Assembly (NCBI GenBank): GCA_015680685.1
Contig: MNCI01001083.1
Span: forward strand, 177,989-241,988
Direction of reading: 5' to 3'
DNA from: Gnetum montanum
Taxonomy: Eukaryota; Plantae; Gnetophyta
Length of the DNA stretch: 64,000 bases
Shown: one piece after another, positions 54,670 to 64,000 of the stretch
Layout of the letters: each line of letters begins with the position of its first letter
How positions within the stretch are numbered: the first letter of the stretch is position 1
Translations under genes and position numbers: made by a program
The notes under the pieces: model-generated
The model's database searches: none
What the model was told of the DNA's origin: nothing
What the model saw: only the letters and a program-made list of their open reading frames with translations

Positions 54670-56790
54670 AAGCTTATGTAATGGCCAATGTATCTACATC
54701 ATGCAAAAGGTTTTTCACCAGCTTCCTTGGGTCAAAATAACTTGAAAATCAACTAGTGGTAGCCCAGAGGCCTAGGGCATAACATGAGTTTAAGCTTTGA
54801 CAATGTTTTAACTCATAAAATCTAAATTTAAGCTTTTTACACTAGGAGATAGGATAAATACACTAGCCAACATATTTATATCATGCAAGAATATTTTCAC
54901 CACCTTTCTTAGGTAAAAATGACTCAAAATTAACTATTGGAAGCCTAGAGGCCTAGGGCATAAAATAACCCCAAACTTTGGCCACTTTTTAGTCTTTAAA
55001 AGTTGAATTTAAGCCTTATACGCTAGGGAGATAGGATAAATACATTAGCTAAGAGATATATATCATGAAAAAGACTTTTGGACACATTCCTTGGATCAAA
55101 TGACTCAAAAATTGACTAGTGGAAGCCTAGAGACCTAAGGCATAACATAAGCCTAAATTTTGGGCACTTTTTAGCCCTTAAAAGTTGAATTTAATTCTTT
55201 TATGTTGGGTGTATAGCATAAATATGTTGGCTAGCAAATTTATGAGAGGGATGAAGATAAAATATCCAATTGGAGCATTAGGATACTTATTGATTGATAA
55301 CCCCAATCCTAAAACCTAGCAAGAGCCTTCGGTAGTCACAAAATAATTAAAACTATGTCAAAAGTGTTGAAACCTATTAATCCTCTATTTATACACTAGC
55401 ACCAATACAAAATATGCTAGCTAGTGTATTTATGTGTGGACAGGATGTAAAATCCATCACTAAGACCTTAAATAACCCTCAAAATTGCTAACCCTAACCC
55501 TAGCACTTAACCAGAGACTTTGGTAACCTTAAAACACTAAACAAAAAGTCAAAAAATGGTCAAAATGATCACACCTTGAAACATATGTTCGCACTAGCAC
55601 AAAATGAATTGGTTGGCATATAAATCATCACAAAAAATCAATAATATGCCTTCCACCAATCCAAACAACCTCAAAATGCCTCACTCTAGTTGCCAAACCT
55701 AGTTGAAGCCTTTGATAGTCATGAAACCTCAATAATTGAGCCAAAAAATTGGCAAAATCAGTTCATGCCTCATTTTCACACTAGCACCAACCCAAAATAC
55801 ACTAGGAAACATGTTTTTGTAGAGGGATAAGGTTGAATGATCAAATAGTACCTCAAATAACCTTCTAGATTATCAATCTCAATCCTAAACTCTAGTCACA
55901 GAAACCGGTGATGTTCGAAAGCCAAGAAATCGAGTCAATTGAATACCTAGACTACTTAGACATGATCTCCCATAATAAATACACTATCACTAGCACAAAA
56001 TATGCTTCCTACCATATTTTTGGTTTGGAGGGTGGTTTTAACAACCTAGTGGAATCCTAGATTGCTTGAAATTTGACAAGAAAGATCTAGAACATCTAAG
56101 CCTAAAGCCAAATGTAGTTTGACCTTGATTTAGCATGAACATTTAAAGATTTCTTATTTTTACATTGAGGCCAAGGAAAAATATGTTTGCCAGTGTATTT
56201 TTCACCATGTGAACTCCAAAACCAACTCTTGTTGACTCATTTTGATCTCAAAATAGCCATTTTCCAATATTGAGATCCCTGTGTTACTTTGGGAGCCTCA
56301 TGAATTCAAAATTCCAACTTCAATACACCATGAGATATTTTTTCCTACAAAATATGCTAGAAAACTAACTTGGCTAGTGTATTTTTAAAGTCCTAATAGA
56401 CTACAACAACTTCAAAAGGTCAAATTAATGCCAAAATTAACTTATTATTTTTTTGAGATCACTATAATGACATTCTAAGGCACTAGAACTCAAAAACAAG
56501 CTAAGAAAAAACCTTGGAACTATGTTTCATTAAAAATTATGCAAGCACTAGCACAAAATACACTAGCTAGCATATTTTGTGGTGGAGCCAACATATTTAA
56601 TGCAAAATATCTCTTTTCATCCTTCAAAATAAACCTAAAACAATCATTCAAGGTGCATAAACCCTTCCATAGTCCCTAGAAGCTATCATGGGAGCCTAGA
56701 AATGTCCAAAATTAAGTTTAAACCACCTAGAAGCCATATGTTTTAGTCTCACATATTGGTATACTAATTCCCTACACTATCTAGCACATG
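54670..56790. repeat. Second ~190-bp-period palindrome array (reconstructed AAATACGCTGGCCAGCGTATTT)
   Basis: Copies at ~54674, 54856, 55038, 55220, 55410, 55602, 55795, 55998, 56179, 56363, 56556 and 56770. Confidence 0.8.
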
Positions 56791-59473
56791 GGCACAGTGT
56801 AGAAAGATTTGAGCAAGTTAAATCTAGTTTAGGCTTATTATTTCTTAGCCTCAAAGATTACCACAAGTCCTATAATGACCTTTCCTAGTCAAATAGACCC
56901 CTAGCATGACTTGCTAAGCCCTAAAACTAAGAATGTATGACCATGCTTGATCATATACTACCTTACTTGGCCTTGTTTAGCCTTATTTTACCTTGTGTTT
57001 ACCTTGTTTTACCTTATTTTATTCTATGATTACAATGCTTTGTAGTATTTTAACATTGTTAATCATTATATCAAGCAAATGCTACTTGATGTGCTTATGT
57101 TAACATGCAGGAAATGAGCTAGAAGGATGAGAAAGAAAATTCAACTAGCCTTAAAGCCTAGATAAACCCCTCTCATGATGTTGGTAGACCAAATTAACCT
57201 TAAAATATCATAAACTTAAGCCTATAAACCATTCTGTCATACAACCTTAAGATCTTGAAGTACCCTAATTACCATAGACCTTGATGCTAGAAACATAATG
57301 GAGGGTTCCTTGGTTGAAATTCCAATGTAAACCAAGATGGTAAGAAGAAAATAGATGAAACAAAATTACTCTCTAGAAATTAAGCCTACTTAAGACATCA
57401 TCAAATATTTGCAAAGAAATGTTAAAGCCATCACATAGCCTGTAATGTCCCCATTCAAAAATGATGCTGCTGCATAACAAAGATGGTGCTTCTTCATAAC
57501 AAGTATTATTGTTATCATAACAAGAATCCAAAGGGAATGTTGTAATTGAGACCTGAAAGGGTGCATTGTAATAACAACAATATCTTTTGAGGTGATCTTT
57601 GGGGATTTGACCTAAGGAATTTATACCCAATATTAGAGGTTATGCTAGCATGGGGATGGTTGAACTAATAAAGGTGAGTCATGGAAGCTAGGTGAAGTGG
57701 AATAGGAACTGGATTAGCCGTCTCTTCTAGTCAATTGTAGGCCTAACCATGGTGGTAGTATTGGATTATCTCTAAGGGGATAGATGCTAAAGGAAGAAAA
57801 CCCCAAGGAACACTCTTAGAGCATGATTGAGATACTCTATTCTACATTAATAAAACATTCTTTTCTCTTTTCTTCTACATTTTTCCTATTATTTTCTTTA
57901 CATATAATGTCGAATGTTATATATATTTGACATTTGGTATATTGTACTCTTATGCATAATATATTATATAACATATATTTGCTGTTTCCCATGATAGTCA
58001 AGAACATTATTTCATACTTAGTATTAGAGAAAACCATGATCCAAGGGTCAACTATAACATGAACCTAATGATGAACCATGAAGCCATGACATAGGGAAAG
58101 TTATTGTTCATCACTGAATGCACCATATGTTTAATATGTAAGCTAGAAGATACCTTTCCATTGATTTAATGAATAATGGATCAATCATCTATAGAAAATT
58201 ATAGATGCCACCAACCAATAAAATTCTTTCATGGATATCATTGATCAATGAAAATCTAATTACAACTCATCAATATTCATCAATTACAAGAGATGTTGAT
58301 AAGACAAGGATACACTAGTCTAGATAACTCTTACCAATCTTAATACTATAAATATTAATTAATTAAAATCATTGTTATGTTTCTACAAAAAAGTTAGTAA
58401 CCATGGCTAGAATTGATCTTGTTTTGTTGAAAGTGCTTAACCCTTGTAACTTGACATTATTCTACCATACTAAGACCGAGGTATTGATAAAATAGGAAAG
58501 TCAACCCATTCATAAGATTTTTTGATCTTCATAGGGAAACCAATATTTAGTGAATGATGTCATCATAATCTTCTCCTTAGTACTTGATTAGGGTATAACC
58601 ATGATATGAGAAGATATAACAATCATATTTGTTAATAAGGTATAAATATTATATTTGTATCCTAGGATTGGTACATCATTTACAAACAAATCCACGTAAT
58701 ATAGAAGATCTCAAGTTACTCATATGTCAACCTAGTAATGTCATTTTGGTAGAATAACCTACTTGGAGCTTCCAAAATCTTGAAAAACTCAACTTTATTT
58801 TTGAATCCTAAGACTATGTCTAATGCATATTACTTGTCAAGACAATTCCAATGGTACAAATTTCATCTCGATCGAACTTACGGTTTGAAAGATATCATTG
58901 TTTTAAGTTTCTTATTATGTGTGCATTAAAATAATAATATTATTAAATTATTAAAAATAAAATAAAATAAAATTTAAATAATATAAAATAAAATTTTTGA
59001 AATAATGGAAAGTTGGTGGTCATGGATTCAAACGCAACCCCTAATTTGTAAAATTTAAAAATTTATTATTATTATTATTAATTTTTTTGTTATAGGCTAC
59101 ATAGGCTTGTGAAGGCTATGATAGCCCTATAAGGGCTATGTAGGCCTATGTTGGCTATTTAACCCTTCATAGGGTTGCATTGGCCCTTAGGTGTGCAACC
59201 CCTTCTCAAGGCTACAACCCTTAGTTCACATCACTCCACCCCAGCACTTTGTCTTCATCATGTTGTTGTCTCCCACATTGATGCCATTCCCCTCTCTACT
59301 TGTAGCCCTAGCAAATCCTTTTCCACTTCCATAAGGAAAGGAAATTCACATCTATGTTTTTGATCAATTTTTTTGGAGTCACAAGAGTTGTTTTTTCATC
59401 ACCCTCCACTGCATCATCCATCCTTTGTCATGCCTACCCTCAACTACCTTTCACATGCTAGTGGACACTGATA

Positions 59474-59630
59474 GACACTAATGGAACCACAAATAATAGC
59501 CTCTTCCAACACTCTATAGACATTGATAGTGTTGTAGATAACAACCTCTTCCAAAGCTCCATGGACACTAATGATGCCACAGATAATGGCCCCTTCTGAC
59601 ACTCTTTAGATATCGATAATGCCACAAATA
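59474..59630. repeat. 45-bp tandem repeat, ~3.5 units
   Basis: GACACTAATG..CCACA.ATAAT.GCC.CTTC..ACACTCT unit starting at 59474, 59519, 59564 and 59609. Confidence 0.75.
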
Positions 59631-60177
59631 TCTTTGGCATCTTCATCCTACCAAAAACCCTCATAACAACAATGCACAATGGCTTCATCTAGGCCACATA
59701 GCCCTTGCATGGCCATGCAAGCCCTACATAGGCTCTCATGTGGGCCATGCAAGCCTTTGCCTAGGCCACGCAAGCCAAAAAAATGTCTACTATGCTCTTA
59801 ATACCATCCACTCTATGCTTGATGTCACTACCTTTGCTCTTGATGCTATCACCTTTGAACCTGATGTCATTGTTGCACTAAAATTCCACCACCACATAGA
59901 GACATAGCCACTATGCATGCTACCATAGCTAGTGCAACATTGACCACTGTAGTGCCACCATTGACTTTTTGGGGTAAGCCTACTCACCATTCTAGTGTCA
60001 TCACTACTGTGACCATCAACCCCTACTACTACCATCATCCCTACCCTGTTAGTGATGGAAAATTTAAAATTCCATCAACTAAAAAAAATTAAAATATATA
60101 TCTTAAAAAAATAGTTTAAATTCAAAACATGCAAAAATAATTTTCAAAAAGGAAATTTGTGCATTGGCTACATGTGA

Positions 60178-60260
60178 GATAAAAACTTCAAAATTAAGCA
60201 CACTTGTCCTAGAGTAGTACTAGGATGGGTGACCTCTTGGAAAGTCTTATTTTTCACACC
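60178..60260 (+). pseudogene. 5S rRNA-derived fragment (3' two-thirds, including A-box, IE and C-box)
   Basis: AATTAAGCACACTTGTCCTAGAGTAGTACTAGGATGGGTGACCTCTTGGAAAGTCTT versus plant 5S AGTTAAGCGTGCTTGGGCGAGAGTAGTACTAGGATGGGTGACCTCCTGGGAAGTCCT; the 5' ~35 nt of 5S are missing. Confidence 0.92.
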
Positions 60261-60886
60261 AAAGGGTTTGGATTTTAAAAGTCATAACTTTTGATTTTAG
60301 AAGCCTTTTTCAATGAATGAAGAGTCATTTCCTATAGATTTTAACCTTCCAAACATAATGGTGAAGTTAGATCCACCTCATGGAACTCCAAATATTAGTT
60401 TTCAGCACTTGTCCAATATAGTATCTCAAGACCCTCAAAAGTTTAAATTTAGCATAAATCAAACATATGATGTCCTTTTGCAACATATGACTAGTCATTT
60501 TCAACATTTTTCCACCCTTTTGAACTCAATGATGAGGTAAGATTTATCATCTAGGTACCCAATAATTTGATGATATCATAAATTGTACCTTAAAAAATTC
60601 ATATATTAGGATAACTATCATGCCTAACAACTTGAACTTATATATTTTTAACCTCTTGGATCAAAGTGCTTAACCTTTGTAGATAATCTTAAGATNNNNN
60701 NNNNNNNNNNNNNNNNNNNNNNNNNNNNNNNNNNNNNNNNNNNNNNNNNNNNNNNNNNNNNNNNNNNNNNNNNNNNNNNNNNNNNNNNNNNNNNNNNNNN
60801 NNNNAGTTGATGAAACTGAATGGTCTTTAATGATCAAGAAGATGTATATCAATTTGTCTTGCAATCAAAACATATGATAGAACAAC

Positions 60887-62045
60887 ATGGAGAGTCATAA
60901 TCTAATCTCCACAAGGTGTATGATACCCATGAAGAGAAATGATCTAGAAGAGAATCTAAGAATGAGAATGAAAGTTACAACATACAACATGCTTGTAAGA
61001 TCTCTAGTGAGTGAGAAACAACATCCACTATGTCCACTATGGGTGTTTGATTGGCATGAGTACCAATACCCATGAATATTAGTAGTTACAAGATTTGGAT
61101 GTTGATTTATTTTTCCTAAAGGAAGTCTTTCCATGGGAATTCCTATACCAATTCCAAATAGACTTTGAAAAGGTGGGATACATAGGTATTTACAAGTAAA
61201 AAGGTTCTTATTGAAGTTCTTCTATTGAGTTGTACAAATTAGCCTATTGTAGAAATCACAACATGGATGGTTATGTGATCTTTTATAACGAAGCCAAGTT
61301 TGAATTGGTACAAAAATTTGAATAGATTTTAGAAGATATAATTTTTGAAATTCCAGAACTTCAAATCATGGAAAAGAAAAAATAGTCAAGATTTCAAAAA
61401 AATCATATAGCCTTGATAGTGATTCTAAAAATCCATTTATCAAGGAGATGTGTATGTGTAGCTAACATATATTTGATTGTCAAATCAACATGTATAGATG
61501 TTAGAATGTTCCAAGGAGCATACTTGATTAATAAATAGAGGAAACTTTGAAGAATAAGTTATTTCTTATATATACTGATCCATTGCCATTTATCATTTTT
61601 GGAGACTTCAATGTGAAAGTTGGAAGTAGTGTTTATTAATTTTTAAAATATGAATGTATAAAGGAATCCTTGGAAAATGAACCTAATTTGAAGAATATGT
61701 TTTCATCAATTAAACATGAAATTCCATTAGCCAATGCATATTCTACTTACTTTGAATCTTCAATAGATAAATCAGATCCCTAAATTCAAGAATAGAGAAT
61801 GTTGATGAATAGTACTAATCAAGAATCGCAATTTTCCATTTACTTTTCTATGATCAATAAGGATGGATCAAAACATTATTCATTAAGATCTTAGATTATA
61901 TTTGATATGATGAAAAATTCTTCTAAGTTACCAAATTACTAGAGTTTATTTCTAAAGAAGAAGTAGAGAAGAATCAAGATCATGCCTTACAATCCCAACC
62001 AAGACCATTTGATCATATACCACTAATGGTAGAATTAAAATTACA
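60887..62045 (+). pseudogene. Intronless CCR4-type deadenylase (EEP superfamily) gene, decayed
   Basis: Motifs in CCR4 order: KVTTYNML..CPLWVFDW, DLFFLKEV, GYIGIYK, MDGYVIFY...KFELVQK, VCVANIY, DVRMFQ, LPFIIFGDFN (61601-61612), KHEIPLANAYS, LDYI (61891), LLEFISKEEV, FDHIPLMVEL (62008-). Confidence 0.85.
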
Positions 62046-64000
62046 TTCACCAATTCATAAGGTTGATCAAGATCAAGAAGTACCTCACCCTTACTTTTTT
62101 TATAATCTTATTATTTTCTTCATTTTTTTATTTATATTTTAATTAAGTAAGTAAAATATCTAATGTAATGAAAGTTGGAAATAAAGGATTTTCCCTACCT
62201 TCACTTAGAGAACCAGATATGAGTTGCATTTTATGTGACCCTAGTTAGGACTGGTGATTAGTAATTGATAGATATTTAATTTACCTATTTCCATTATCTT
62301 AGAAAATTAAGTAATTATTAAGAAACTAATATTTAATTTTCCATATATTTTTATCACATATAAATTGTTTGTAGAATGAGGAAGAAGCAACTTCAAGTTC
62401 AAAGGAGAAATCAAATTATTGGAGCATTGGAGCATAATAGAAGTACTAAAGCTGGAAAAGGATAGTGAAAGTGGACTCATTTGAGGATAAAAAAAATCTA
62501 AGAGGGCTAGATTGTAACATTCCCATTCCCAAATGATGTTAGTGCATAACAAAGATGATGCCTTTTCATAACAAGTATTATTGTTATTGTAACAAGACCT
62601 GAAATGGCATGCTATAATTGAGACCCAAAAGGGTGCATTGTAATAATGGATGTGTCTCTCAAGGTGACCTTTGGAGGTTGACCTAAGACATTTATACCTG
62701 GGCTTAGAGGTCATGCCAGCATTGGGGTGGTAGAACCAATAAAGGCAAATCATGGGATTTGAGTAAAGCAAGACAAGAAGTGGATTGGCCATCCCTTCTA
62801 ATCGAATGTAGGCCTGATCATGGTGACAGTGTTGGATTACATCTAAGGGGATAGATGCCAAAGGAAGAAAACCCCAAGGAACACTCTTAGAGCATAATCC
62901 ATATACTCTATTCTGCATCAATAAAGCATTTTTTTACTTAATTCTGTATGCATTTTTTCTATTACTTCCTTTATGCATAATGTCAAATGTTACATATATT
63001 TGACATTTGGTATATGTATTCTTACAAAGAATGTCTTTTATAACATATATTTGACATTTTCCATCACATTTGGGAATAAGAAGTCACATAGCCTTGATTA
63101 CATCTAATACTCACATGTTTTTGTATAGTGTTTTTTGCCATGGTTAACAAGTTGGAATAAATGACTAATGTTAATAACTCAAACAATCAACAAAAAGAGA
63201 GCCTACATGACCTCCACCCCTCTCACTCTTTGTTTGGCATGAAAAATGAACTATAAACTTTGTAAAATTTGTGATACATAACACAGATCATTCAATGTTA
63301 TACCAATAGTAGCATGTGATGGCCTTAGTTTGCTAGTTATCTAATGCAGCCTTATGCAATGTCTTGTAATAACATGTATTATTTGTCTTATTTTCTTATT
63401 CTCTTGGATTTGTTCTTGCAGGATAAAGCTTGGAAGTCATCAAGAAGGTCTAAATCATCATGGTAACAAGTTACCATGTGACTGTGATGCATGATATTTG
63501 GTTAGCTTTTCCTGCTCTTCCAATAGTGCTTATCTTACATCACTTTCATTACCCCTTCTAAGCCACAATTTGACAACCCAATTATAAAATTTCTTACCCT
63601 AAACACCAATGATGACCCATGTTTGATATTCCTGCATTATGATTATATGAAATCTCCTTTGTCATGCTGCATCATTAAGTTTGTTGCATGTAACACATCT
63701 CATCCAACAAGAAAGCCAAACTAATTTTGGCCTTGCAAATGAAACCCAAAAATAAATAAATAAATAAATAAATGAAGGAAAAAACAAGTAAATTTCTAAG
63801 CCAAAAGGCCAATGAAGCCCAAAATCCATTTCAATGGCTTCAAAGAAATAAAGGGAGAAGACTAATAACTAAAGAAGCCTTGGACTAGAGTGTTGATTTC
63901 TCAAAATATTACTAAGTGACCAGCACTTCAAAGTACAAAGCATGAAGACTACACAAATTAGTAAGCATGTTACTTCCATACCATGACCATGATGTCAACA

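Larger units (their letters stand above)
57441..63088 (+). mobile_element. Complete non-autonomous LTR element (chromovirus/Tekay-like termini) with CCR4-like and 5S cargo
   Basis: LTRs at 57441-58016 and 62513-63088 (TGTAA...TCA(T/C)A); TSD TAGCC at 57436-57440 and 63089-63093; decayed iMet PBS TAGTATTAGAG at 58019-58029; PPT region TTGAGGATAAAAAAAATCTAAGAGGGCTAGAT. Confidence 0.9.

Noticed and set aside
60178-60260. Functional 5S rRNA gene
   Set aside because: The 5' end is missing, there are several substitutions, it is a single copy, and it lies inside a TE.
60887-62045. LINE APE endonuclease as the source of the GDFN/DH motifs
   Set aside because: It also has CCR4-specific motifs (YN.L...CP.W...W, DG..IFY, CVANTH-like, H..PL.NAYS), and no LINE RT follows.
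62307-62921. 204-aa ORF, and similar ORFs at 27501-27779 and 57373-57630
   Set aside because: Antisense readings of LTR sequence; frames are not conserved between the LTR copies.

Overview
Plant nuclear DNA, AT-rich and about 85-90% nested, decayed LTR retrotransposons. The taxon cannot be determined from sequence alone; the NLR type suggests a non-flowering vascular plant. TE regions show strong methylation-type C>T/G>A erosion, while two islands (~0.6-1.75 kb and ~40.8-46.4 kb) keep their CpGs. From left to right: (1) a mosaic of captured gene fragments (BEACH and an intronless clade-D PP2C piece); (2) a pol-less Athila-like element (5948-14706; paired LTRs, tRNA-Asp PBS, 5-bp TSD) inserted in a Copia RT, plus two partial relatives; (3) three Copia remnants; (4) an Ogre/Retand-type Tat element (minus strand) whose protease and RT are separated by ~9.7 kb holding an antisense multi-exon gene and an array of CG-rich palindromes spaced every ~190 bp; (5) a frameshifted NB-ARC-LRR gene with an unusual helical N-terminus and an acidic insert; (6) a second ~190-bp palindrome array with the same core but compensatory flank changes; (7) a complete non-autonomous LTR element (57441-63088, TSD TAGCC) carrying a 5S rRNA promoter fragment and an intronless CCR4-type deadenylase gene. 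The best candidates for undescribed biology are the pairing of family-specific CG palindromes with accessory ORFs across three retroelement families, and the LTR element carrying CCR4 and 5S sequence. All alignments and translations outside the supplied ORF track were done by eye; no database searches were run.
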